From Bacteroidales bacterium (lineage in GTDB: Bacteria; Bacteroidota; Bacteroidia; Bacteroidales; JAIOZK01), in assembly GCA_021740625.1 (NCBI GenBank), contig JAIOZK010000002.1, positions 169,942 through 233,941 of the forward strand: DNA of 64,000 nucleotides, in the 5' to 3' direction. Numbering within the stretch: the stretch's first letter is position 1; each line of letters opens with the position of its first letter. The notes beneath the pieces are model-generated. The model did not search any database. It saw nothing but the letters and a program-made list of their open reading frames with translations, and had not been told where the DNA came from. This document shows positions 46,664 to 56,248 of this stretch, one piece after another. Position numbers and translations under genes: made by a program.

Positions 46664-47956
46664 TTGGAATCCAGTGTTTCCTTTCAATGTGATGTTTGCA
46701 TGAATCATAGCAATAACAACCGGCAAAGAATAATTTTAGGTGAAGAAATCAGCAGGTTGAAAACCTATTTGAAAGATATTTCCAGCAAACATAAAGACGA
46801 AGAACCTGCATTCGATCTCAATCGGCTGGAGTCGGCGATCAATGAAATCATCAACAATGAAGAACAATACAAGAGTTTGTTCGAGAACAGTACAATCGGT
46901 ATGTACCGGACGACTCCTGATGGGAGAATATTGATGGTCAATCCGCATGCCCTTAAATTGCTGGGATATGAAAACTTCGAGGCCCTCAGCAAAAGAAATC
47001 TGGAAAAAGAGGGATTTGAACCGGACTATCCAAGGGGAAAATTTGTGAAAAAACTTTTAAAACATGGTAAAATTACGGGACTGGAGTCGGCCTGGAAAAC
47101 CAAGAATGGAGAAACCGTGTATGTTAGAGAAAGTGCAACTGTGGTAAATGATTCGGATGGCAATGTAAAATATTTCCAGGGTACCTTCGAAGACATAACC
47201 AAAAGGAAGCTGGCCGAAAAAGAATTGAGAAGGGCGAAAAGAAAGGCAGAAGAGTCGGATAAACTCAAATCTGTTTTCCTGGCCAATATGTCCCATGAGA
47301 TCAGGACGCCGATGAATTCGATTATCGGTTTTTCTGAGATCCTGGAGGATGGAGATTCTTTCTCTGCAGAGGAAAAACAAAAATTCCTGAAGATCATAAG
47401 GGATAATGGAAAACAATTGCTCGGCCTGATCAATGATATTATCGATATATCAAAAATCGAGGCAGGCCAACTGAAATTTTCAATTGATAAATTTGAAGTA
47501 AATGGGGTGCTAAAGGAGTTATTGCTAACGTTCAGGAACTATCTTTATAAATTAAAGCATGAACGGGTAAAACTAAACCTGCACATTGACAAAGCGGAAG
47601 GACTCTGGCTGGAAACGGATTCCATCAGGTTCAAGCAGGTTCTCAACAATTTATTGAGCAATGCCATTAAATTTACTGATGAAGGTAGCATTGAATTCGG
47701 TTATGTCTGTTTCCCTGGGAAACTGAGATTTTTTGTAAAAGACACAGGCATTGGAATACCTGCAGATAAAATGGAAGTGATTTTCGACCGCTTCGGACAA
47801 TTGGAATCAGAGAGCAATATGACCCAGGGCGGAACTGGGCTTGGGCTGTCCATCACCAAAAACCTGGTTGAAATGATGCAGGGTAAGATCTGGGTGGAAT
47901 CCACACCCTCAAAGGGTTCTGTGTTTTATTTCGAACTGCCCCGGCCCAGGGAGTGA
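46664..47956 (+). CDS. PAS-domain sensor histidine kinase (cytoplasmic)
   Basis: 430 aa. The track start is a TTG, and an ATG lies 12 codons in. It has a PAS region (YKSLFENSTIGMYRTTPDGRIL), the H-box FLANMSHEIRTPMN, and the G-boxes VKDTGIGI / GLGLSI. Confidence 0.85.
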   Translation: MESSVSFQCDVCMNHSNNNRQRIILGEEISRLKTYLKDISSKHKDEEPAFDLNRLESAINEIINNEEQYKSLFENSTIGMYRTTPDGRILMVNPHALKLLGYENFEALSKRNLEKEGFEPDYPRGKFVKKLLKHGKITGLESAWKTKNGETVYVRESATVVNDSDGNVKYFQGTFEDITKRKLAEKELRRAKRKAEESDKLKSVFLANMSHEIRTPMNSIIGFSEILEDGDSFSAEEKQKFLKIIRDNGKQLLGLINDIIDISKIEAGQLKFSIDKFEVNGVLKELLLTFRNYLYKLKHERVKLNLHIDKAEGLWLETDSIRFKQVLNNLLSNAIKFTDEGSIEFGYVCFPGKLRFFVKDTGIGIPADKMEVIFDRFGQLESESNMTQGGTGLGLSITKNLVEMMQGKIWVESTPSKGSVFYFELPRPRE

Positions 47957-47961
47957 TACGG

Positions 47962-48237
47962 TCAGATGGTTTTATAACTGAAAACATACTTGAAAGGATA
48001 CGTATCGCAGAAATCAACCATTTTCAGTTTCACTTTGTTTTCAATGATCTGATGCTCTATTTCACCCTGGTATTCATCAATGGAAACTTTTACCTCGCAC
48101 TCTTTTGTGCCGGGATCAATAAAAACATCACTTGCGGTCTGAAACACCCTTTTCAGGCAGGTTTCAACCTGTTTTTTTTCGAAGTCTATCATTTTTATTT
48201 TTTTGCTGTAAAGTAAATTCGGGATTGTGAAAAGCAT
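47962..48237 (-). CDS. Hypothetical small protein
   Basis: 91-aa ORF, more likely starting at Met16 (MIDFEKK). No motif was recognised. It is convergent with the PAS kinase. Confidence 0.3.
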   Translation of the reverse strand: MLFTIPNLLYSKKIKMIDFEKKQVETCLKRVFQTASDVFIDPGTKECEVKVSIDEYQGEIEHQIIENKVKLKMVDFCDTYPFKYVFSYKTI

Positions 48238-48328
48238 GTTAAATCAGGATTAATTATACTTTATATTTCATATTCAAACATAATTCAGTATGATTTCGTA
48301 AATTCGAAATGAAATAATATTAACATCA

Positions 48329-50248
48329 GTGCCTTATAAAAACCTTTTGATCAAATACTGGGGTTATTCATCTTTCCGTCCATTGCAGGAAGAGATTATT
48401 CAGTCGGTGATGGATGGACGGGATACCCTCGCGCTTATGCCTACCGGGGGAGGGAAGTCGATTTGTTTCCACATCCCCGGACTGGCCAAAGAAGGTGTTT
48501 GCCTGGTGGTAACTCCCCTGATTGCACTGATGAAAGACCAGGTTGAGAATCTCAAAAAGAAAGGCATCAAGGCTGCTGCCATTTACTCCGGCATGCATCC
48601 CCAAGAAATTGGGCTTGTCATTGACAATTGTATTTACGGTGATACAAAATTTCTATATGTTTCTCCGGAACGATTGTCGCTGAATGATTTCAGGGAAGCC
48701 CTCAGGGAAATGAAGATCAACTTGATCGCTGTGGATGAGGCGCATTGCATTTCGCAATGGGGCTATGATTTCAGGCCGCCTTATCTGAAAATCGCTGATA
48801 TACGCCCGTTTTTCCCCAAGGTGCCCATTCTTGCATTGACTGCCACAGCTACGCCGGAGGTAGTTGATGATATTCAGGATAAATTACATTTTTCCAGAAG
48901 GAACATCCTGAGCAAAAGTTTTGAAAGGAAAAACCTTTCTTATTCGGTTTTAAAGACTGAAGACAAGAATAGCAGGTTGCTGAGGATCCTGAGAAACATC
49001 AAGGGCAGCGGGATCATTTATGTAAGGAATCGAAGGAAAACAAAGGAAACCGGGGAATTCCTGCGGCATAACCAGATCAGTGCAGATCATTATCATGCCG
49101 GCTTGTCGAACGAGGAGCGAAACAGCAAACAAGTATCCTGGCTGAAAGGTACCAGCCGGGTGATGGTTTCTACAAATGCATTTGGTATGGGAATCGATAA
49201 ATCAAATGTACGTTTTGTGATTCACCTGGATATTCCCGACAGCATTGAAGCATATTTCCAGGAAGCCGGCCGGGCCGGAAGGGATGAAAATATGGCTTAT
49301 GCCGTGATGCTGTATTCGGATTCGGATGTGCTGAATCTGAAAAAGAACCTCCAAAATGCCTATCCTTCCATCGATACCATCAAAGCCATTTATCACGGGC
49401 TGGGAAATTATTTTCAACTTGCAGTAGGAAGTGGGAGGGAGCTTGTTTTTGAATTCGATATCAATCATTTCTGCAGTCAGTATGATTTTAAACCCGTGAT
49501 CGTTTACAATGCACTGAAATTCCTGGAAAAGGAATCCTACCTGAGCTTCCAGGAATCTTCCGATTCGGTTTCTCGTATTTATTTTCCTTCGGGCAAGGAA
49601 GAACTGTACCGTTTTCAGATCGAAAAACCCAAATACGACCGTTTTATCAAAACCCTCTTGCGTTCCTATTCGGGTTTGTTCAATGATTTTGTGAAGATCA
49701 ATGAAAAAGAACTGGGCAGGAGAATGAATATACCTGAAGAAAACGTGGTGAAAGCACTCAGGTTATTGAACAGGATGGGAATATTGGCCTACATAGAGGG
49801 AAGCAACAAGCCGACCATCACTTATCTGCAGGAGCGGATTGACAAGAAGAACCTGCATATTTCCAGGGAAACCTACCAGGACCGCAAAGAATCGGCCATG
49901 CGCCGGGTGCAGGCCGTAATCGATTTTGTGGTTAATGACAGGCATTGCCGCAGTCAACAACTCCTGGCTTATTTCGGTGAAAAAAATACCAAACGTTGCG
50001 GTATCTGTGATGTTTGTAAAGAACGCAACAAAATTGATGTGAATGATTTTGAGTTTAATGTCATTCTGGAACAGATCAAACCCCTGCTGCAAAAAAAACC
50101 ACACAGCCTGTTGCAATTGATCGAAAAACTGCCGAAGATCAATGAAGAGAAAATGATTATGGTCATCCGCTGGCTCCGGGACAATGACAAGATTGAAGAA
50201 GATGAAAACATGCTGAGCTGGAAAAAGCAGTTCAGGATAAATTTTTAG
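48329..50248 (+). CDS. recQ: ATP-dependent DNA helicase RecQ family
   Basis: 639 aa with a GTG start. It has FRPLQEEII, MPTGGGKS, VDEAHCISQWGYDFRP and the zinc-binding/RQC region. A C-terminal Cys cluster CGICDVC replaces a clear HRDC domain. Confidence 0.9.
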   Translation: MPYKNLLIKYWGYSSFRPLQEEIIQSVMDGRDTLALMPTGGGKSICFHIPGLAKEGVCLVVTPLIALMKDQVENLKKKGIKAAAIYSGMHPQEIGLVIDNCIYGDTKFLYVSPERLSLNDFREALREMKINLIAVDEAHCISQWGYDFRPPYLKIADIRPFFPKVPILALTATATPEVVDDIQDKLHFSRRNILSKSFERKNLSYSVLKTEDKNSRLLRILRNIKGSGIIYVRNRRKTKETGEFLRHNQISADHYHAGLSNEERNSKQVSWLKGTSRVMVSTNAFGMGIDKSNVRFVIHLDIPDSIEAYFQEAGRAGRDENMAYAVMLYSDSDVLNLKKNLQNAYPSIDTIKAIYHGLGNYFQLAVGSGRELVFEFDINHFCSQYDFKPVIVYNALKFLEKESYLSFQESSDSVSRIYFPSGKEELYRFQIEKPKYDRFIKTLLRSYSGLFNDFVKINEKELGRRMNIPEENVVKALRLLNRMGILAYIEGSNKPTITYLQERIDKKNLHISRETYQDRKESAMRRVQAVIDFVVNDRHCRSQQLLAYFGEKNTKRCGICDVCKERNKIDVNDFEFNVILEQIKPLLQKKPHSLLQLIEKLPKINEEKMIMVIRWLRDNDKIEEDENMLSWKKQFRINF

Positions 50249-50267
50249 TTTTGTCCAAAATTCTTCC

Positions 50268-50846
50268 ATGAAGCTTGAAAGATCCTTTTACCTGAATCCT
50301 GATGTAGTAGCTGTTGCCCGTTCATTGCTGGGCAAATACCTTTACACCAATTTTGAAGGGAAGTTTTGTGGAGGAATGATCACCGAAACAGAAGCATACC
50401 GAGGAGTGACAGACCGGGCCAGTCATGCTTATGGCAACCGCCGCACCCCCCGCACAGAAGTGATGTACCAGGAAGGAGGATTGGCATATGTTTATTTGTG
50501 TTATGGGATCCATTCCCTTTTCAATGTGGTTACGAATGGAAAAGATAGTCCGCATGCAGTCCTGGTAAGAGGGATGGTTCCTGAGTTCGGGCTGGATCAC
50601 ATGACTGAAAGATTAAACAAAAAAAGCATTACGGCAAAAAATACAAATGGTCCCGGCAAGCTTACCAAAGCTCTGGGCATTCACTTCAGCCATACTGGTT
50701 TGAACCTGCGGGGAGACAGGATTTGGATTGAAGACCGCGGGATATTGATCGAAGATGATAAAATCACAACAGGGTCCAGAATAGGCGTGGATTATGCAAA
50801 AGAAGATGCCAGCTTACCGTACAGGTTTGTTTTGCAAAGTTTTTAA
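50268..50846 (+). CDS. mpg: DNA-3-methyladenine glycosylase (Mpg/AAG family)
   Basis: 192 aa. It has ITETEAY...DRASHAY.GRRTPRTEVM...GGLAYVYLCYGIH. Confidence 0.85.
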   Translation: MKLERSFYLNPDVVAVARSLLGKYLYTNFEGKFCGGMITETEAYRGVTDRASHAYGNRRTPRTEVMYQEGGLAYVYLCYGIHSLFNVVTNGKDSPHAVLVRGMVPEFGLDHMTERLNKKSITAKNTNGPGKLTKALGIHFSHTGLNLRGDRIWIEDRGILIEDDKITTGSRIGVDYAKEDASLPYRFVLQSF

Positions 50847-50902
50847 TCGGGCCAGCGAGAGTATCATTCAAAGGGAGGCTCTCAACGAACAAAATAATAG
50901 CC

Positions 50903-50939
50903 AAAAAAAAAGCCCCCAAAAGGAGGCTTTTTATTTTTT
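50903..50939. terminator. Bidirectional terminator between mpg and the HU gene
   Basis: The hairpin AGCCCCC-AAAA-GGAGGCT (50911-50928, one mismatch) is flanked by an A8 run on the left and a T-rich run on the right. It therefore gives a U-tract on either strand. Confidence 0.6.
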
Positions 50940-50952
50940 CAGGCTTCAAAGC

Positions 50953-51225
50953 TTATTTAACTGTGCTTGACAGTTCGTTTCCTGGTTTGAATTTTACTAC
51001 TTTTTTAGCAGGAATCTTGATTTCTTTTCCTGACTGAGGATTTCTGCCTTTCCTGGCAGCCCTTTTGGCTACTGAGAATGAGCCAAATCCAACCAGTGCT
51101 ACGCGATCACCTTTTTTGAGTGCTTTTCCTGTTGCACCGATAAATGCGTCCAATGCCCTTTTGGCATCTGCTTTTGTCAGTTTTGCTTCTGAAGCCATTG
51201 CTTCAATTAATTCTGCTTTGTTCAT
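50953..51225 (-). CDS. hup: HU family DNA-binding protein
   Basis: 90 aa. The sequence MNKAELIEAMA...GFGSFSVAKRAARKGRNPQSGKEIKIPAKKVVKFKPG is canonical HU. Confidence 0.9.
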   Translation of the reverse strand: MNKAELIEAMASEAKLTKADAKRALDAFIGATGKALKKGDRVALVGFGSFSVAKRAARKGRNPQSGKEIKIPAKKVVKFKPGNELSSTVK

Positions 51226-51398
51226 TGTTTCTTCTTTTTTGATTAATAATTACTTGAAACATCGCAAATATAAGCGTTCTGAGAGAAAAGTCAAGAGAAA
51301 TGTCCCAAAACCCCCGAAAATGTTAATAAAACAGCAATATTGTTAATAAATGTGGCTGTTTTATGCGTTAATAAAGGCTTTTGGAACAAATGACTTTT

Positions 51399-52364
51399 TC
51401 AGGATAATTTCCAATTCCCGGAAAGTTGAAAGCCTTTCAGGAACTCTTTTACCGGGAGAGGCTTTTTGCCCGCAAGCTGAAGATGTGTAATCTCCAGGCA
51501 TCCCGGATTGCATCCAACTTTTATGAAAGACTTATTATTGGTGGCAATGTGGGCTGGTGCAAGACGACAGTCTTCAACAGGTTTACCATAAAGTATTTTT
51601 AAATGGTATTTCTTTCCTTCCGGAGAAACCAGGCTGGAAAAGGCCGCAGGGTAGGGGCTGAGTCCCCGGATGAAATTATATATGCTATTAACATCCTGTG
51701 CCCAGTCGATCTTCAGGTCTTCCCGCTGAAGTTTGGGTGCCGGTTTGAGATGATCCGGTTTTGAGACTAGTTGATCCTGTCTTTTTGTTTTTGCTGTATT
51801 CTGTTCGATAAGTTTTACGGTTTCGATGACGAGGGCTGCTCCCTGCTCCATCATGCGGTCGTGCAGGTCACCGGCTGTATCATGATCTCTGATTTGCACT
51901 TGTTCCTGCAAGATGATGTTCCCCGTATCGATCTTTTCATCTATGAAAAAAGTCGTGAGCCCGGTGTTTTTTTCACCATTGATGATCGCCCAGTTGATGG
52001 GGGCAGCTCCACGGTATCGCGGAAGCAAAGATGCGTGTAAATTGAAAGTTCCATATTCCGGAAACCTCCAGACTGCTTCGGGCAGCATTCTAAAAGCTAC
52101 TACCACAATGAGATTGATACCGAGCTTTTCGAGCTCACTTATAAAAACAGGATCTTTCAGGTTTTTTGGCTGAAGAATATTCAGTCTGTTTTTTAAAGCG
52201 TATTCTTTTACAGGAGAAGCTTTTATTTTTCTTCCCCTGCCGGCAGGCTTGTCAGGTGAGGTGACCACAACAGGTACTAAGTAATCATGATGCAGCAAAG
52301 CCTCCAGGGAAGGCACGGCAAATTCAGGTGTACCCATATATGCAATCCTTAAATCCCTTTTCAT
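51399..52364 (-). CDS. fmt: Methionyl-tRNA formyltransferase
   Basis: 321 aa. It has MGTPEFAVPSL and NLHASLLPRYRGAAPINWAIINGE. Confidence 0.9.
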   Translation of the reverse strand: MKRDLRIAYMGTPEFAVPSLEALLHHDYLVPVVVTSPDKPAGRGRKIKASPVKEYALKNRLNILQPKNLKDPVFISELEKLGINLIVVVAFRMLPEAVWRFPEYGTFNLHASLLPRYRGAAPINWAIINGEKNTGLTTFFIDEKIDTGNIILQEQVQIRDHDTAGDLHDRMMEQGAALVIETVKLIEQNTAKTKRQDQLVSKPDHLKPAPKLQREDLKIDWAQDVNSIYNFIRGLSPYPAAFSSLVSPEGKKYHLKILYGKPVEDCRLAPAHIATNNKSFIKVGCNPGCLEITHLQLAGKKPLPVKEFLKGFQLSGNWKLS

Positions 52365-52430
52365 GATCCTAAAATAAAAAAAATACCCGGACCTTCCGGA
52401 CCAGGTATCTTGTGTTGAATATCTTTATGC

Positions 52431-53117
52431 TTAGCTTGCCATTGCTTCAGCCCTTTCGATGTATCTTTCAATATCCCGGGCTTCGTTGCTGCGGTTGAAA
52501 TCTTTTTTAATCCTTTTGTATATGCGAAGGGCTTTGTCGTAATTTCCATTTTCCTCATAAGCCCAGCCTGCTTTCATCAGGAATATTGGAGTAACAAATT
52601 CATTGATATGCGTATTGGCTGCCTTTAAATAATAATTAACCGCTTTTTCGGGTTCACCCAGTTCGATATAAGCATCGCCCATGGCTCCGAGGGCCATGGG
52701 GCCAATAACCTGGTCTTCACTTTCAAAGTCCTGCAGATAATCTATGGCTGTTTCGAAATCACCCTGCTTGAGGTAAATGATCCCCGCGTAGTAATTTGCA
52801 AGATTGCCTGCCTTGGTACTTCCGTATTGATCGGCAATATCAATGAATCCGGGATAATTGCCATCGCCCAGCAACGCTTTATTTAAGGAGTCTTTCTGAA
52901 AGTAGAGTTCAGCCATGAACATTTCTGATTTGGCTTCTTTGTTCATGGGTGCCAGGTAAAACTTTTTGTAACCAAAATAGCCCAATACGATTACTACAAT
53001 AATCCCGACTACAATCGTGATGATTTTCTGGTTTTGCTCAATGAATTGTTCGGTGCTGCTCAGGGCGCCTTCTACAGCAACCAGTCTGTCGCCTGCTCTT
53101 TCGGACTTTTTCGCCAT
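52431..53117 (-). CDS. Membrane-anchored tetratricopeptide-repeat protein (YfgM-like architecture)
   Basis: 228 aa with a single TM helix (IITIVVGIIVVIVLGYFGY) followed by TPR-like repeats. Confidence 0.6.
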   Translation of the reverse strand: MAKKSERAGDRLVAVEGALSSTEQFIEQNQKIITIVVGIIVVIVLGYFGYKKFYLAPMNKEAKSEMFMAELYFQKDSLNKALLGDGNYPGFIDIADQYGSTKAGNLANYYAGIIYLKQGDFETAIDYLQDFESEDQVIGPMALGAMGDAYIELGEPEKAVNYYLKAANTHINEFVTPIFLMKAGWAYEENGNYDKALRIYKRIKKDFNRSNEARDIERYIERAEAMAS

Positions 53118-53232
53118 ATCAATTTAAAATTTGTCGTGCAAAAGTAATTTTTTTTATCCATATAATAAATTGTGCTTCCATTTTTTTTACTTTTGAGCTG
53201 AAAATCTGAAAATTAACCAAAACTTATTACCG

Positions 53233-53475
53233 ATGAAAAAAGCCATATGGATTGTGTTCTTCGTGCTGCTGATCATTGCATTCCTGTATTTCTTTTTTAC
53301 CAAAACGCTTGGGAGTGAAAACCTGATCATATTTTCAATCCTTTATGGAATTCAATTGATCCTTGGCTTGCTATTTCTGACTTTACTTGACAAATCCAGG
53401 AACCAGATATATCTTTTGAGTTATTTTATCGTCAGTGCTGTCGTTTTTCTTATACTCGTTTTCCGAATGATATAA
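53233..53475 (+). CDS. Hypothetical small membrane protein (3 TM)
   Basis: 80-aa hydrophobic ORF ending 1 nt before the trmH-like start. No motif was recognised. Confidence 0.35.
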   Translation: MKKAIWIVFFVLLIIAFLYFFFTKTLGSENLIIFSILYGIQLILGLLFLTLLDKSRNQIYLLSYFIVSAVVFLILVFRMI

Positions 53476-53476
53476 A

Positions 53477-54178
53477 ATGAGCATGGATGACAAGAAATGG
53501 AACAGGGAAATAAAGCAGGACCTTTATACTTTTCTTTCAGATTACATCACAGAAAATAAAAAATCAAAATTCGAAGAGGTTCTCAGGAACAGGACACGTC
53601 ATGTTACTGTCGTGCTCGAGGACCTTTACCAGTCGCACAATGCAAGTGCTGTCCTTCGGTCTTGTGATTGCTTTGGTGTGCAGGATGTTCACATCATCGA
53701 GAACCGGAATGAATTCCAACCCAGCAAAGATGTTGCTCTGGGTTCTTCCAAGTGGCTGAATCTTTATAAATACAAGCAAAAAGAACATAATACAAAGGCA
53801 TGTTTTGATGCCCTCAGGGCGAATGCTTATAAAATTTATGCAACCAGTCCTCATAAAGATGACATATTGCTGGATAATGTTCCCCTGGATGAAAAAATAG
53901 CTTTTGTATTCGGAACTGAACTGGAAGGTTTGTCGGGAACTGCCATGAAAGAAGCCGATCATTACGTTAAGATCCCCATGTATGGTTTTACGGAAAGTTT
54001 TAATATTTCGGTATCAGCCGCAATACTGCTGCACTCTGTTACTAACAGGCTCAGGAAATCACGCTTATCCTGGAAACTCCGCGACGATGAATTGCTGGAT
54101 ATCAAACTGGATTGGGCCAGGAAAGTGATTAGGAAATGTGAAGTTTTTGAAAAACAGTTTCTTAAACAACGCGGCTGA
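53477..54178 (+). CDS. trmH: SpoU/TrmH family tRNA/rRNA 2'-O-ribose methyltransferase
   Basis: 233 aa. It has the SpoU motifs VLEDLYQSHNASAVLRSCDCFG, FVFGTELEGLS and IPMYGFTESFNISVSAAILL. Confidence 0.8.
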   Translation: MSMDDKKWNREIKQDLYTFLSDYITENKKSKFEEVLRNRTRHVTVVLEDLYQSHNASAVLRSCDCFGVQDVHIIENRNEFQPSKDVALGSSKWLNLYKYKQKEHNTKACFDALRANAYKIYATSPHKDDILLDNVPLDEKIAFVFGTELEGLSGTAMKEADHYVKIPMYGFTESFNISVSAAILLHSVTNRLRKSRLSWKLRDDELLDIKLDWARKVIRKCEVFEKQFLKQRG

Positions 54179-54257
54179 TCGAATGCACTGCAACCAGGAA
54201 TCACTGGTAAATTTTATTAATTTTGTATGAAATAGTCATGAATTAAATATTAAAAAT

Positions 54258-54836
54258 ATGGGAAAAGGTGACAAAAAAACCAAAAGGGGTAAAATCATCA
54301 TGGGTTCTTATGGGGTAAGAAGACCCAGGAAGAAAAGAAAATATTTCAAAGCTGAATCCGAGGAGGAAGTTAACAAGAAAAAAAGCTCGAAGGTGAAGAA
54401 AGCTGAAAAACCAGCCGAGAAAGCCCCTGCGGAGAAGAAAGAGAAACAGGTGGAAAAGGAACCTCAGGCCAAAACTTCTCCAAAGCTTGAATCTAAAGAG
54501 GAAAAGCCCAAAGAAAGTAAGAAAACTGCCGCTGCAGCAAAGGATGAGAAAAAGGACGAGAAAAAAACAAGCGCTGGCGAGGATAAAAAAGCCGGGGAAG
54601 ACAAAGCAACGGCAAAGAAAGCGGAGAAGAAAGCAGTGGAGAAAGAAGTAAAAATCGAGGACAAAAAGGAAGATAAGAAAGAGGAAAAGAAAGCAGAAAA
54701 GAAGTTAGAAAAGAAGGAAGAAAAGAAAGAAGAAAAGAAAGAAGCGAAGAAGGAAAGTCCGGCAACATCTAAACAAGATGACAAATCAAAAACTACCAAA
54801 GAAAAAACCGAAGAAAAAGAGAAAAAGAAAGAATAG
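54258..54836 (+). CDS. 30S ribosomal protein bTHX homologue fused to a ~165-aa Lys/Glu/Ala-rich low-complexity tail
   Basis: The N-terminus MGKGDKKTKRGKIIMGSYGVRRPRKKRK closely parallels Thermus THX as I recall it ([26 protein letters not shown]). The ORF then continues without a stop through KEEKK/AEKK repeats to 54836. Confidence 0.7.
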   Translation: MGKGDKKTKRGKIIMGSYGVRRPRKKRKYFKAESEEEVNKKKSSKVKKAEKPAEKAPAEKKEKQVEKEPQAKTSPKLESKEEKPKESKKTAAAAKDEKKDEKKTSAGEDKKAGEDKATAKKAEKKAVEKEVKIEDKKEDKKEEKKAEKKLEKKEEKKEEKKEAKKESPATSKQDDKSKTTKEKTEEKEKKKE

Positions 54837-54871
54837 CTTAACCCGAACGAAAAAAGTGACAGTTGGCTGAG

Positions 54872-56248
54872 CTAGGATGATCGCTCAGCCTCTTTCATAA
54901 AATCCAGTCCCCTATCTTCAAAACTCTTGTAGCTGTCGTAGCTTGCTGCTGCCGGAGAAAGCAGGCAGGCAAATCCTTTCCTCGTATTTGATTTAGCGCA
55001 ACGAACGGCATCAATCATATTGCTGGCATCGAAAAACAATCTTCCGTCGATTTTATTTCCCAGAATAGAACGAATTCGTTTGCCCGCCGGCCCCATAAAT
55101 ATAAAGCTGGAAATACTGGTTCCTGCAAGAAATTCCGACAGTCCCTCATAATCCAGTCCCCGGTCGAAGCCACCCAGTAAGATGCTATCAACATTTGGTA
55201 TTGCCTTCAGCGCAGCCATTGTTGCTTCCGGGATGGTGGCTATGGAATCATTGTAAAAATGAATTCCTTCAAATTCACCGGCATATTCAAGTCGGTGCGG
55301 AAGGCCTTTGAAAGTATGCAGGGCACTTGAGATCATTTCTTTTTCAAGGCCGCATAAACTGCATGCAGCAACTGCCGCCATAAGATTATAAAGGTTATGT
55401 TGTCCCGGCAGATTTTTACCGGTTGCATTGGTCGGAAATGCTGTTGCTGTGTGTTTTGACGCCAAAACAATTTTTCCTTTCCTTGCATAACATCCTTTTT
55501 CAACTTTCATTTTTGCAGAGATCTCCAGCTTGGTGGAAAAGAAATGGATTTCTTTCAGGAATTGTTGTATTCTGTGGTCGTCCCTGTTCAGAATGGAAAA
55601 GTCATGCCTGTCCTGGTAATGGAAGATATTGAGTTTGGCCCGGAAATAATCTTCAGGACTATCGTAAAAGTCCAGGTGTTCATCGTAAAGATTGAGCAGT
55701 ATTGCAATATGGGGGGCGTGTTTTACATCCAGCAACTGATGCGATGATAGCTCGAAAACGAATGTTGATTTATTGCCGGCTTTTTCGATAAAATCAAAAG
55801 GGGGAACACCGATATTGCCGACCAGGAATACATCCCGGCCATTTTCCTTGAGAATATGGGCAATCAGGGAAGCGGTTGTGCTTTTGCCTTTTGTTCCGGT
55901 AACTCCGATACATTGTTTGTGATAGAAATTCAGGAAAAGATCTGTTTGCGAAGACAAATGCTTAATCCTTTGCATGTGCCGTCTGCTAAGCTTTACTCCG
56001 GGTGATTTTAACACCATGTCATAAGTGTGTATTTGCTCAAGATATCCTGGTCCTGTATGGAATTTTAAATTTTCGCCGGCTGAAAGATGGATGTTTTCAT
56101 TTTTGATGGATTCATTCCTGTCTGCAATCCCTATTTTTTTAAGCGGAAAATGTTTCCGCAAAAGCCTGTAGCTGGATTTTCCTTCCCGGCCAAAACCAAG
56201 CAGCAATATGCTGTTGTATGGTGCAAAGTATTTTATGAATTCTTCCAC
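54872..56248 (-). CDS. MurD-type Mur ligase (UDP-MurNAc-L-Ala:glutamate ligase family), located outside a dcw context
   Basis: 458 aa. It has an N-terminal Rossmann-like ILLLGFGREGKS, the P-loop GVTGTKGKSTT, and central and C-terminal Mur ligase domains (NLYDEHLD..., LPHRLE). Confidence 0.8.
   Translation of the reverse strand: MEEFIKYFAPYNSILLLGFGREGKSSYRLLRKHFPLKKIGIADRNESIKNENIHLSAGENLKFHTGPGYLEQIHTYDMVLKSPGVKLSRRHMQRIKHLSSQTDLFLNFYHKQCIGVTGTKGKSTTASLIAHILKENGRDVFLVGNIGVPPFDFIEKAGNKSTFVFELSSHQLLDVKHAPHIAILLNLYDEHLDFYDSPEDYFRAKLNIFHYQDRHDFSILNRDDHRIQQFLKEIHFFSTKLEISAKMKVEKGCYARKGKIVLASKHTATAFPTNATGKNLPGQHNLYNLMAAVAACSLCGLEKEMISSALHTFKGLPHRLEYAGEFEGIHFYNDSIATIPEATMAALKAIPNVDSILLGGFDRGLDYEGLSEFLAGTSISSFIFMGPAGKRIRSILGNKIDGRLFFDASNMIDAVRCAKSNTRKGFACLLSPAAASYDSYKSFEDRGLDFMKEAERSS

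Noticed and set aside
54464-54799. Minus-strand ORFs (111 aa and 91 aa) rich in Ser/Phe/Leu.
   Set aside because: They are the antisense reading of the GAA/AAG-rich repeat encoding the bTHX tail, a purely compositional artefact.
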